64,000 nt of DNA. It comes from a bacterium. Its GTDB lineage: Bacteria > Zhuqueibacterota > Zhuqueibacteria > Oceanimicrobiales > Oceanimicrobiaceae. Below the pieces are notes generated by a model. That model searched no databases, was not told the DNA's origin, and saw only the letters and a program-made list of their open reading frames with translations. The translations under genes were made by a program, and so were the position numbers. This document shows, piece after piece, positions 19,675 through 29,324 of the stretch. The stretch lies in assembly GCA_046757165.1 (NCBI GenBank), contig JBHHXT010000004.1, positions 13,248 to 77,247 on the forward strand, read 5' to 3'. Positions within the stretch are counted from its first letter, which is position 1. Every line of letters begins with the position of its first letter.

Positions 19675-21675
19675 CTAGGTCATGCCCGCCGCTGTTTCAG
19701 CGGCTTTGGCTGCACTCGTTTGCACAGGTAGCTCGAGGACAAAGGTGGCGCCACGCTCAGGGGCATCCTCGACATACAGCCTGCCCCGATGACTCTGCAC
19801 GATACCAAAACACATACTCAGCCCCAGTCCCGTTCCATCGCCGACTTCTTTGGTGGTGAAGAACGGATCGAATAGTCTCCGCCTGTTCTCCGCTGGAATC
19901 CCGACCCCGTTGTCAGTGATTCTTAAACGAATCGTACCAGATCCTCTTTCTGTACTGAGCCTCAGGCACTTTTTCAGGGTTCCATTTGCTTTGAGGGCCT
20001 CCCTCGCGTTGTTGAGCAAGTGCAGGATGACTTGCTGCAACTGATCATAATCCCCCAGGACCTCAGCCAGCGAGGCGGCCAGGTCCCGCGTGACTTCAAT
20101 GCCCTCCGCGTGAAGTTGATACGCTCGCGACTCCAGCACACTCGCCACCAGTTTATTGAAATCTATGAGCTGTTGCTTGCTCCTTTGCTTGCGCGCGAAT
20201 GTGAGCAGGTTCTTGACAATCTCGTGGCACCGCTTCGCCTCTTTTTGAATCACCCCGATATCGCGGCGCACGCTGTCTTGCAAGTCCTCTTCCAGCAGAA
20301 GCTGCGTGTACCCCAGGATCCCGGCCAGCGGGTTGTTCAGCTCGTGTGCAGCACCCGCGATCATCTGCCCGAGAGCCGAGAGTTTCTCCGCCTGAATCAG
20401 CTGACTCTGCAACTGTACAATCCGGGAAATATCCTTGATGACCAGCAAGAACTCCTCCCGTCCGCGTAAGGCAGACTGTGAAATCAAACAGCTCATTGCC
20501 GTCCCGTCCGGTCTAACCATCTCCGCTTCATACACAGATGCTTTCCCAGATTTCAGCTCGTGCAGTTTTTCATGATAGCAGGCTCTGGACGACTCGGCCA
20601 GAAAGTCAGCAAACGTCCGATCCAGGATGTTACCCGCGGGGCCGTACGTTTTTGCAAACCGGTCGTTATGGAAACGAATGACGCCCTCACCGTCAATTGT
20701 GATGATCAGGTCAAGCGAGCTGTGGAGAACGTCCTCCAACTGTCTTTTCAGCTTATCCGTCTCCGAGTACAAGTTGGCGTTTACGATTGCCGTACTAATC
20801 TGATTTGAGATTGAGGAAAGCAGATTCAACCGTCGCTCTGTGAAGAATTTGCGCACTTTGCTGCCAGCCATGAACATTCCTAACAACCTGCCCTGATGCA
20901 ACAACGGGAGAGCCATGAAAGCACACAAATCCTGAGCAACAAGGTCGGCAAAAAATGCCGAGTTATTTGCCCACAGGTCGTCTATGATGCATCGGCTGTT
21001 GTTCAAGATGGCGTCTCTGAGACGCTCGGTCGTATCGACGTCAATGCGATTGAGCGCCTGAATCTCCTTGAAGGCCCCAATGCCAGTGCGAATCATGAGA
21101 ACATTTGCTGGCCGGTCCAGAAGATAGACCGCCACTGCCCGCAGATCCAGGGTTTGAGCAATTTTGTCCACGGCGTTCTGCAAAATCTCGTCCAGAATCA
21201 ACGACTGATTCAAGCCTTCGGTGACAGAATGGAGAACCTGCAATTCTTTATTTCGCTGGCGCATCTCAGCCTCAATCCGCCGCTTCTCCTGGTACATTTG
21301 GAATTTCTGCAGGACGCGCGCCACCACTTCTGGTAAGTTTTCTGGAAAGTCATGAGATTTCACAACATAATCAAAAGCGCCTGCTTTCATGGCGTCAACG
21401 GCGACCTGCTCATGCCCATGGCCCGTCACCAAAACAATGGGGACCTCTGCAGACTCGTCTTTCCTGAGACGCTTCAGAATGGCCAACCCGTCCTCGTTGG
21501 GCAAATGATAATCCAGCAGCACGATGTCGAATTGCCGGTGCCTTAGAAGCTGAAGACACTTCTCGGGCGTCTCCAGGGTGGTGACCGACATATTCTTTGT
21601 CTCCAGGTACGTGCGAGCGAGTAAGGCATGGTCTGGATTGTCTTCGATAATTAGAACTTTGATCTGGGGTTTCAT
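19675..21675 (-). CDS. Hybrid signalling kinase REC-GAF-PAS-HisKA-HATPase (NtrB-like core)
   Basis: REC (IEDN, LDYHLP, VVK), GAF, PAS, AHELNNPL, DNGVGI, FFTTKEVGDGTGLGL; ATG 21675 preferred as start. Confidence 0.93.
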   Translation of the reverse strand: MKPQIKVLIIEDNPDHALLARTYLETKNMSVTTLETPEKCLQLLRHRQFDIVLLDYHLPNEDGLAILKRLRKDESAEVPIVLVTGHGHEQVAVDAMKAGAFDYVVKSHDFPENLPEVVARVLQKFQMYQEKRRIEAEMRQRNKELQVLHSVTEGLNQSLILDEILQNAVDKIAQTLDLRAVAVYLLDRPANVLMIRTGIGAFKEIQALNRIDVDTTERLRDAILNNSRCIIDDLWANNSAFFADLVAQDLCAFMALPLLHQGRLLGMFMAGSKVRKFFTERRLNLLSSISNQISTAIVNANLYSETDKLKRQLEDVLHSSLDLIITIDGEGVIRFHNDRFAKTYGPAGNILDRTFADFLAESSRACYHEKLHELKSGKASVYEAEMVRPDGTAMSCLISQSALRGREEFLLVIKDISRIVQLQSQLIQAEKLSALGQMIAGAAHELNNPLAGILGYTQLLLEEDLQDSVRRDIGVIQKEAKRCHEIVKNLLTFARKQRSKQQLIDFNKLVASVLESRAYQLHAEGIEVTRDLAASLAEVLGDYDQLQQVILHLLNNAREALKANGTLKKCLRLSTERGSGTIRLRITDNGVGIPAENRRRLFDPFFTTKEVGDGTGLGLSMCFGIVQSHRGRLYVEDAPERGATFVLELPVQTSAAKAAETAAGMT

Positions 21676-21984
21676 GATTTTGGCCCTGGAATAGCGTGTC
21701 TTTAAGAGGTGCGGTAACACAAGAAGCGAGGATGAATTCACGCCATGAGGCGTTGAGCAACGGATATAATATAAAGGGAGAAAGTTACGAAACAAGTGCT
21801 TTCACAACTCTTAAGGTTTTTTAATATTGGCAGGCGGGCAAAAACTAACCGGGATTTTCCCATAAATCCTTTTATGAGAAAATCCCAGCATCAGAAGAGT
21901 CAAGAATAGCGGTCCCTTTCCACATGGACTCAACTGATTGTTCATGAATCTACATCCGTGTCAGATTCAGTTACGCTCTGTTTC

Positions 21985-21999
21985 GCAACTTCCGTGCCA
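21985..21999 (-). promoter_or_regulatory. Sigma54 -24/-12 promoter facing the hybrid kinase
   Basis: TGGCACGGAAGTTGC, an exact match to TGGCACG-N4-TTGC. Confidence 0.75.
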
Positions 22000-22117
22000 T
22001 TGGGAAATAATTTCCCTAACCTGTTATTCCCAAGCCGGAACCAAAAGGGGCTTTGAAAAGTTTTGAAAAAAATCTGTCGCTATAACTTACATAATAGCGT
22101 CATCAGTAGCCCTGAGT

Positions 22118-22152
22118 TGTAAAGTCTTGCCGAAAAACGGCAAGACTTTACA
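22118..22152. repeat. Perfect 15-bp inverted repeat
   Basis: TGTAAAGTCTTGCCG-aaaaa-CGGCAAGACTTTACA. Confidence 0.85.
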
Positions 22153-22573
22153 CTATGCTTTCTACCAGGATTTTGACCTGTCACAATGCGCAACGAAGGT
22201 GTTTGTTCCACGTACAATGTATCAAACATGATACACCCATGTCGAAAAAGTCGACTTTTTGTGCCCTTTGTTGAGAGAAAAGTAAAGAAACCGTAGTCTT
22301 TAGAACAAAGGTTTGAATGTGACAGGGAAATCATTTTTGAATCTTTGAACCTTTCGAGTCGTGATGATGTGCGGACGTGACGCAACGCGTCAGGTGCGCT
22401 CCAGCGAGAGCGCGGCCAGACTGCATTCTCGGGCCACCCGAGGCAGGAGGCCACGGGTGGCCGACATTGTCGATTTTGCGCGAACGTCATGGGAAACTAC
22501 CAGATGGCAATTGCTGACATCCTTTCCCCTATCCGGTTTTCCTCTGTGAGTCTTATCCTGACCGGATTCTTCA

Positions 22574-22616
22574 GAGCCGCTCAATGCCAGCATGAAGGCA
22601 TTGAGTGGCTCCTTTA
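22574..22616 (+). terminator. Terminator-like hairpin
   Basis: GAGCCGCTCAATGCC-8nt-GGCATTGAGTGGCTC followed by CTTTA. Confidence 0.45.
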
Positions 22617-22781
22617 TTCGCTGATGACTCCAAGTCTATCCTTCAAAGAGAATGGAATTTCTGGTCTGCCCCCGGTCAATCGCTAAACCCTTGCACTCTC
22701 TTCCCGGGTATGTTCCTCTGCCCATGGGATTCGCATATGCCGCCTGATGTTAGGGAGACACATCGGGCGGCTTTTTTCGGG

Positions 22782-23165
22782 TTAGAAGGCGATCTTTTCG
22801 ATAGTCTTGATCAGTGAATTGGTGAGTCCTCGATAGGAGGTTCTTGGTGGGACAACAATCGCCAGAACAACATCCTGGTTAAAGGCATGGAAGAATCTGA
22901 ACACGATCTTTCGCTTGTTAAACCCCTCCACGACCATTTCCTTCATGTTGGAGATCTTTCCCATGACGTCGGCCATTTTCTTGACCTCTCGTAACAAAAA
23001 GGACAGCTCAGCCAGACGGTCGCTTTCAATAATCTCATCGCTGTAGTGGCCGGCCAGGGGAAGTCCCTCATTCGAAAAGAGATGCACCATGTCATAATTT
23101 CCGCGCTCGATGATTCGACGCATCTTTTCTTCGATCACAGTTTGGGCTGACAAATTGCGGGTCAT
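22782..23165 (-). CDS. Roadblock/LC7-like protein (MglC-like)
   Basis: 127 aa; LFSNEGLPLA resembles the Roadblock 'vs.DGl.ia' motif; directly after mglA. Confidence 0.7.
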   Translation of the reverse strand: MTRNLSAQTVIEEKMRRIIERGNYDMVHLFSNEGLPLAGHYSDEIIESDRLAELSFLLREVKKMADVMGKISNMKEMVVEGFNKRKIVFRFFHAFNQDVVLAIVVPPRTSYRGLTNSLIKTIEKIAF

Positions 23166-23178
23166 GAGGTTCTTTTGT

Positions 23179-23763
23179 TCAAACGTAGATGGTTATTCTC
23201 TCGACAACGTTGGTGATGACACTTCTTAGAGTGTTGAGCACTTCAATCCCTTCGGTTGCTACGGCTTCGAAATAGTCCGTGCCAAAAAAATTGAGTTTGG
23301 ATTGTAACGTGCTGATGGATTCGACATCAGGCAAGTCGCGTTTGTTGTATTGAATCACCCAGGGAAAATTCTGCAGCGAGTATCCCCTTTCAATCAGATT
23401 CTTTTCCAAGTCCAGCAACGAATCCAAGTTCTCACCCATTCGTTTCTTTTGCGAATCCGCCACAAAAACGATGCCGTCGACACCTCTCAGAATAATCTTA
23501 CGGCTGAATTTGTAGTATACCTGTCCGGGCACCGTATAGAGATTGAAGCGTGGTTTCTTGCCTTTGATCCGGCCCAACTCCAGCTGCATAAAGTCAAAGT
23601 ACAGTGTTCGCTCTTCCCGGGTGTCGAGCGTCACCAACTCGCTCCGCAAGGCGGGGTCGAGCCGCCGGTAAATAAATTCCAGGTTGGTTGTTTTGCCGCT
23701 CAAACCGGGACCGTAGTAGACAATCTTGAGGTTCAGCTCCTGCAGCGCTTGGTTTATGAACAT
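23179..23763 (-). CDS. mglA: MglA-family small Ras-like GTPase
   Basis: KIVYYGPGLSGKTTN, ERTLYFD, TVPGQV, DGIVFVADS, QYNKRD, EAVA. Confidence 0.95.
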   Translation of the reverse strand: MFINQALQELNLKIVYYGPGLSGKTTNLEFIYRRLDPALRSELVTLDTREERTLYFDFMQLELGRIKGKKPRFNLYTVPGQVYYKFSRKIILRGVDGIVFVADSQKKRMGENLDSLLDLEKNLIERGYSLQNFPWVIQYNKRDLPDVESISTLQSKLNFFGTDYFEAVATEGIEVLNTLRSVITNVVERITIYV

Positions 23764-23775
23764 CTCGCGACAAGC

Positions 23776-24285
23776 TCAAAACTTCAAAGAACGGTTGAGC
23801 TCCTCATTGAGCAGATCCTTGAATTCTACATCCAGAAACTGCTTGGACTTGTCCTCATCTTCTTTGACGGTGTGGAGAATATGGTTTAACGACTCGATCG
23901 TCTTTCTGGTATAGATGCGGATCATGCCGAGCGCGACCTGAATATCAAAAAGCACCAGCAGAAGAAAGTTGAATCCGACATTCGAGATATACAAATTGGT
24001 CTGTTCGCCTTCATGAAATAAGTACTTGAAGGCGTTCTTTTCGCCCAGCAAAGACGCCATTTTCGCGGTCGCGGAAAAGTTGCTCGCGGCCAGCGAAGAG
24101 ATGACCGGTAGCTCCAGCCCTTTCGTGTCCCCGACGTGGGTGACGGGATAGCCGTTGGATTCACAGAAAATGATGCAGTCCGCACCTGTGTTCGCGGCCA
24201 GGTCAGCAATGAATTGGGTGACCTGGTTGTAGATGTCTTCGGAGAGGATCAGCTTCTGACCGTCGTCACGATCGAATGTGTCCAT
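23776..24285 (-). CDS. mglB: MglB-family Roadblock/LC7 GAP
   Basis: SSLAASNFSAT, FHEGE, LGMIR; strong RBS GGGAGG; upstream of mglA. Confidence 0.9.
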   Translation of the reverse strand: MDTFDRDDGQKLILSEDIYNQVTQFIADLAANTGADCIIFCESNGYPVTHVGDTKGLELPVISSLAASNFSATAKMASLLGEKNAFKYLFHEGEQTNLYISNVGFNFLLLVLFDIQVALGMIRIYTRKTIESLNHILHTVKEDEDKSKQFLDVEFKDLLNEELNRSLKF

Positions 24286-24337
24286 AACAACCTCCCTGAA
24301 CAAAACTCATTTTGGTGTTTCGCAAGCGGGCCTCGCT

Positions 24338-25066
24338 CTACTGACCGATTTCCAGCCGTTCCGCCAGAAAGTCCGGCAAACTCGACGCCCTGATCTTGCG
24401 TTGCGTTTCGGCGATGTCATACTCCACGCGAAAAAGCTCAAATACATTTTCGACGCAATTAAAGATACCGAAAGAAGAACGGGGATTCAGGTCGCGTGGT
24501 TGGCCAACGCTGCCGACGTTGATAATATAACGGAGACCATCTTCAAGGCGCAAAGGGTTTTCCTTGACAACGCGGCAACTGTCTTTCTCATCTAATGAGA
24601 TGACCATCGGCACGTGGGAATGGCCAATAAAACAAACTTGGCTCTGAAACTCCGGGAAGTTCTTGACTGCATCTCCAATGGTAATGATGTAGTTCCATTC
24701 CTCAGGCTGGTTGGGGGTAGAATGAACGATGGTGAAGCCATCCACCTCCAGCTTGAGAGGCAAGCTCAACAAGAACTCCACGGACGAATCGAGCAGTTTT
24801 CCGCGAGTCCACTCGATAGCGGTGCGCGCCCACGGATTGAAGTATGAAATGTCGAGCTTACCTATCGGGGCGTAATCGTGATTGCCGGCGAGAATGACTT
24901 GTGCCCTTTGCCGAACAAGCTCAACGCATTCATTTGGATTCGGGCCATAGCCGACAACATCACCCAAACAAAGGACCGAGTCCACACTCTGTCGTTCTAT
25001 CTCGTCCAGGACGCTTTCGAGCGCCTCTAGGTTACCATGTATGTCGGAAATTATTGCGTACTTCAT
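24338..25066 (-). CDS. Calcineurin-like metallophosphoesterase (PPP-like)
   Basis: SDIHGN, LGDVVGYGP, GNHD, GHSH, NVGSVGQPRD. Confidence 0.93.
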   Translation of the reverse strand: MKYAIISDIHGNLEALESVLDEIERQSVDSVLCLGDVVGYGPNPNECVELVRQRAQVILAGNHDYAPIGKLDISYFNPWARTAIEWTRGKLLDSSVEFLLSLPLKLEVDGFTIVHSTPNQPEEWNYIITIGDAVKNFPEFQSQVCFIGHSHVPMVISLDEKDSCRVVKENPLRLEDGLRYIINVGSVGQPRDLNPRSSFGIFNCVENVFELFRVEYDIAETQRKIRASSLPDFLAERLEIGQ

Positions 25067-25100
25067 GTAAATGGCTCTGCAGACACCCCTAAATTTATCA

Positions 25101-25129
25101 AATATACAATTTATATGATCCGTTTGCAA
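25101..25129 (-). promoter_or_regulatory. Sigma70-like promoter for phosphoesterase-mglBA-roadblock operon
   Basis: TTGCAA-17bp-TATATT on minus strand. Confidence 0.55.
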
Positions 25130-25294
25130 GTACATTCTTTGAGGGCTGACTGTTGGGACAAAAGCCGTGATGTCGCGAGCGAAGAGCAGCCAGATATGGC
25201 CCGCTGCGACGAGAGTCTATCAGATAGGGAGCAGCGCTTCTGGTGGGAAGTCATTCTGCGCCAGGGGGAAAACAAACGTGGAGTTTTTCCCACG

Positions 25295-26620
25295 CTAATG
25301 CAAAGTAAAACCCTGTTCGCGGGAATTGACGGTCTTCAGCAGTTGAAAAGTCCCCATTCCCCAATTATCTACGAAAATAAACTTGAGGTTGAGATTGCTG
25401 TAATTCCAGATCTCATAGAGCTTGGAGTTGGTTGACGAGGTCAGCCGGTCAATTCTATCGGGTGGCCCATTTTCGATGTAGACTCTGCCCTGGTCCGTTT
25501 CCCAGCCATCAGTCGTGACGTCGTCAAAGTGAAAATTGGCGTAGTAGAGTCGCCTGAAATACTCATTCATCAGTTCGTTTCTTTCTGTCTCCGGAATCGG
25601 GTCCCGTGCTTTCCAGAACTTTTGCAGGCCCTCGAGCCTTTCTTCTTTTGGCAGAGACTTCAAATACTCGATCTCATAGTCTGAGGCCAGATAGCGCAAT
25701 TGTCTCAACATCTTGGCATACTCTTCCTCGGAGAAAGCAGAAAGAAACTTCACGATGTGGAAATATGCGACTTTGTGCTGTACTTGAAAATTATCCAGGT
25801 CCTGAACCTCCATCACCAGCCGATACTGCCCTGAGTCCAGGTCTTCTACGGGAATGCCGACCCCAAACGCACCAGTCTCGCCGGGTTTATCGAATTGGTA
25901 TTTCATGCGTTTGACCTCGCGGCCATACCGGTCAAGGATCGAATACGTGGCCAGGAAGGCGTTGGCAACGTTGTCGCGGTGCCGACTCAGATTATAGACT
26001 TCGGAATAGGCATACAGCTTCTTGCTTTCCATTCCAAACAGATGAGGCGGGTTAGGGATGATCTTCTTGTGGTTTTTCACAAGGACAGATTCTTCGTCGG
26101 AATCCGTGATGCTTGCCGCGATCTGGATGTCACTGATCAGCAGTCCAAGCTCCTGGTAGTCGGGAATGGTCAAGTCCCGGTTAAAACTGACATACCAATT
26201 CGTGTGTTGATCGGCCAGCTTGATGCGGGCGAGATAATCACCGGGCAAAACATAGAACGCAAATCTGACCAGGTGCGAGGCCGGAATGTAAGAAACCCCG
26301 TCATCGTAGCTCACCTTCACGGAATCGGAAAAACTCAGACTATCGACACACTTACTGTCGCCGTCCAACAGGTCGATCGCCAGTTGGTACTTCGCCAAAA
26401 TCCCGTCGTCTGTATTGACGAAATGGAGATTCTCAGTGGGAATTTGACAGAATATTTCCAGGAACGTCTTGTTCTCACTGAAGGACTTGAACGTCAAAAA
26501 ATCAAAATAATAGCTATTTGTTCGGATATCTTCTGATGGTGAAAGGGAGAACAGACTCCCGGGCGCCAAAAATAAGACGACAAAGATAAGAACGGCTCGC
26601 CATCCCTGCGAATTGTTCAT
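25295..26620 (-). CDS. Secreted GWxTD-domain protein
   Basis: Signal peptide; FWKARDP..TERNE, YAN, GWETDQGRVYIENGPPD, EIWNY; RBS AAGGAG. Confidence 0.9.
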   Translation of the reverse strand: MNNSQGWRAVLIFVVLFLAPGSLFSLSPSEDIRTNSYYFDFLTFKSFSENKTFLEIFCQIPTENLHFVNTDDGILAKYQLAIDLLDGDSKCVDSLSFSDSVKVSYDDGVSYIPASHLVRFAFYVLPGDYLARIKLADQHTNWYVSFNRDLTIPDYQELGLLISDIQIAASITDSDEESVLVKNHKKIIPNPPHLFGMESKKLYAYSEVYNLSRHRDNVANAFLATYSILDRYGREVKRMKYQFDKPGETGAFGVGIPVEDLDSGQYRLVMEVQDLDNFQVQHKVAYFHIVKFLSAFSEEEYAKMLRQLRYLASDYEIEYLKSLPKEERLEGLQKFWKARDPIPETERNELMNEYFRRLYYANFHFDDVTTDGWETDQGRVYIENGPPDRIDRLTSSTNSKLYEIWNYSNLNLKFIFVDNWGMGTFQLLKTVNSREQGFTLH

Positions 26621-26783
26621 CGGTAACGCTCCTTGTTGCACGGTATGAATTGATTACTGCTTCTGCTTCTGTTCTATCGTCTCATCTCTTGCAAAACGTG
26701 CAAGAAAATGAGAAGCAATATAGTCACATTCGGACTGCCCCAACTTTTCTTTAGAGAATACGAATGGTCTATATTTCTCTTTC

Positions 26784-26799
26784 GCAATAACTGTTCCAA
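26784..26799 (-). promoter_or_regulatory. Sigma54-like promoter facing the GWxTD gene
   Basis: TTGGAACAGTTATTGC (GG-N10-GC). Confidence 0.55.
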
Positions 26800-27014
26800 C
26801 CAAGGGCAATTTGCTCTTACATTTTGCTAACAGGGTAAGGGAAAAATTAATTGATATTTAGTTATTACAATGGATTAACGGTGTTGCTGCCCTCCTGCAA
26901 GCATTGTATCATCTGGGAACATGTTGCCTATCAAGTGGGCAAAATTTGCACTCTATGTTATTGTTCTTGATTTTTTGCAAAGAAGGCAGAACAATTCCCT
27001 GAGCGATTTTTGCG

Positions 27015-27629
27015 CTAGGAATCCACCTTGACAACAGGTTTCGGAACCTCTCCGGCTGGAGGAATGACCTTAACGGTTTCAGATCTCCTTGCTCGCTTCC
27101 GAGTTTTCAACTCTATCTCTTTTAGCATCGGGATGGTCAAATGGAAATCCAGTCCCGAACCAGGCTTACCCTTCACCCAAATATTGCCACCCGCACTCCG
27201 GATGAAATCTTTGCAGGTCGAGAGTGTGAATCTGTTCATTGGCGGCCGCCTGCAGGCCAGGGAATCATTCATCTGTTGCAACCGATCCGATATGGCTTGC
27301 AACATCTCCTGCGAAAGTCCACGCCCGCAGATGCGAATGCTTACTTTGACAAAATCACGGGCATCATTGTGGCGATTGCCTCTGATTCTTTTTTGTTCAA
27401 CTAAGACCCTGCCTTGGTTGCCAGCTATCTTGACGGCATAGTAAAATAGCCGCCGCAGAACCTCGATCAGCTTCCGCCGGTTCGAACAGACATAATGAAT
27501 AACCTTTGGAGACCTGTAGTCCAGAATTGTGTTTTGTCGGTCACAACGTGGAACAATTGCGCCAACCGCCGATATAATTGTCCGGTTGAGCTGCACTCTG
27601 GAACAGTGGCCCACTTTACCTTTAGTCAT
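27015..27629 (-). CDS. Degenerate stand-alone HATPase_c-like protein (start uncertain; possible pseudogene)
   Basis: KLIEVLRRLFYYAVK, VKVSIRICGRGLS, CKDFIRSAGGNIWVKGKPGSGLDFHLTIP follow the kinase ATPase layout, but the N, G1 and G2 boxes are altered. Confidence 0.6.
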   Translation of the reverse strand: MTKGKVGHCSRVQLNRTIISAVGAIVPRCDRQNTILDYRSPKVIHYVCSNRRKLIEVLRRLFYYAVKIAGNQGRVLVEQKRIRGNRHNDARDFVKVSIRICGRGLSQEMLQAISDRLQQMNDSLACRRPPMNRFTLSTCKDFIRSAGGNIWVKGKPGSGLDFHLTIPMLKEIELKTRKRARRSETVKVIPPAGEVPKPVVKVDS

Positions 27630-27761
27630 GGAAAGCAAATGGTTTGGATTTGTGAAAATCGAGAAAGTGAACACCCTCATTATCGGAATAGACAAGAGAC
27701 TCTTAAGGTTAAATAATTGTTGTTTGATTTTTCCTTGCTGATTCGATAAATTCAAAACCTT

Positions 27762-29324
27762 ATGCGTTTCTTCGAAAAAAAGAACGTTCGTTTACAGTTG
27801 CTGATCAGCCTGGCATTCTCGTCCGAGCTGCTCTACTTGCTCATTGCTTCAATCAACAATCTGAGAGGGCACATCCCGCTATTTCTCCTGAGCTACGGCG
27901 CCATTTTTGGGCTCTATTGGCTCTCCAGCATGGTTTTTTTCCGCAAGATGACACCAACAACTTTTGGCAGCAGAGCTTCCAGGCTGTTCAAGAACAAGAA
28001 GCCGTTCGGCTGGTTGAATGATTTTGTTGCAAAACAAAAGTCTCAGGAGCATCTCCGGCCTCAGGAGGTGCTGACCATCGGAATCGTCTTTGGGGTGATT
28101 TTCAGAGTGACGCTGCTCTTTACCACGCCGACGCTCTCCGATGACATCTACCGCTACATCTGGGATGGCAAAGTCGCCTCACATGGTATCAATCCGTACG
28201 ATTATCCACCGCAGGCAGAGGAACTGGCTTCATTGCGCGACACCGAAATCTATCCTTTTGTCAGTCACAAGGAGATTCCGACCATCTATCCCCCGGTCAC
28301 ACAGTTGACGTTTCTGGGGTTGTACAAGCTCAATGCCTCGGTTCTAAGCTTTAAAGCCGGCTTCTTTGTGCTGGATCTGCTGACGATGGCTGTGCTTTAC
28401 TTCATTCTCCGCTCGCTGGCCCTAGACCGGGCCCGGCTGCTGATCTACGTTTGGAATCCGTTAGTCATTGTGGAGTTTGCAGGCAGCGGTCACGCGGACA
28501 TCATCGGCATCTTCTTACTCACTGTCGTCTGCTACTTTGTCATTAAGAAGAAGTTGCTGCGCGCAAATCTAGTGCTCGTGCTATCTTTCTTGACCAAATT
28601 CATTGCGCTGATGCTGTTGCCGGTGTTGACCTTTCTAAAGAAGGAAGGCAAACTTGTCATGCCAATTCTGTTCATCGTATTTGCCGCTCTTCTTTATCTG
28701 CCCTACGCCGAGACCGGTGAGAAACTGCTCGCTGGCCTGTCTGTCTACACCGCGAAATGGGAGTACAACAGTTCGATCTTTACGTTGCTCGAGACCGGCA
28801 TCAGATCTGTTCTTCCCGAGCCGTGGATCGTGCGGTTCATGGTCGCCCCCAGGGGACTCGTGGCCACGCCAGAGACGCTGGACACAATGGGTAAGGACCT
28901 GGCGCTGCTTCTTTCCAAGTTGGCCATCTTGCTGACTTTTTCGGGGGTCCTCCTTTATTTTCTGGTCAGGTTGAAAAAAGACGTGAGGCGGGAAGGGGAG
29001 GTCTGGTTTTTCAGGCTGGGACTCATTCTTTTGGGGACCCTTTTTATTCTAAACCCAACCGTGCACCCCTGGTATTTGTGTTGGTTGGTTCCCTTTCTGG
29101 TGGTGGTACCCAATCGCGCCTGGTTGCTGTTGACCGGCCTGGTCGCTCTATCCTACTGGATCCTCAACGACTACACTCGAACGGGCGTGTGGCAGGAATC
29201 CTTGTGGATCAAATATGCAGAATACCTGCCATTTTACACGCTGCTCATTTTCGATGGCGTGCGCAATAAGATTCGCCCCAGAACCTTACCGGCTGCCCCG
29301 CTGAGTTGGAATCCAGACTATTGA
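27762..29324 (+). CDS. Multi-pass GT-C fold glycosyltransferase (GT87/DUF2029-like)
   Basis: LSDDIYRYIWDG, GINPY, TIYPP, WNPL, GHAD, HPWY; many TM helices. Confidence 0.85.
   Translation: MRFFEKKNVRLQLLISLAFSSELLYLLIASINNLRGHIPLFLLSYGAIFGLYWLSSMVFFRKMTPTTFGSRASRLFKNKKPFGWLNDFVAKQKSQEHLRPQEVLTIGIVFGVIFRVTLLFTTPTLSDDIYRYIWDGKVASHGINPYDYPPQAEELASLRDTEIYPFVSHKEIPTIYPPVTQLTFLGLYKLNASVLSFKAGFFVLDLLTMAVLYFILRSLALDRARLLIYVWNPLVIVEFAGSGHADIIGIFLLTVVCYFVIKKKLLRANLVLVLSFLTKFIALMLLPVLTFLKKEGKLVMPILFIVFAALLYLPYAETGEKLLAGLSVYTAKWEYNSSIFTLLETGIRSVLPEPWIVRFMVAPRGLVATPETLDTMGKDLALLLSKLAILLTFSGVLLYFLVRLKKDVRREGEVWFFRLGLILLGTLFILNPTVHPWYLCWLVPFLVVVPNRAWLLLTGLVALSYWILNDYTRTGVWQESLWIKYAEYLPFYTLLIFDGVRNKIRPRTLPAAPLSWNPDY

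Noticed and set aside
21676..21795. Extended N-terminus of the hybrid kinase (706 aa)
   Set aside because: The extension lacks domain features; the REC domain starts at ATG 21675.
22080..22817. Short ORFs in the kinase-Roadblock intergenic region
   Set aside because: No RBS or motif support; they overlap palindromic regulatory DNA.
19511..27755. Genomic island integrated at tRNA-Leu
   Set aside because: No integrase and no duplicated tRNA end seen; the accessory genes lie on the 5' side of the tRNA.
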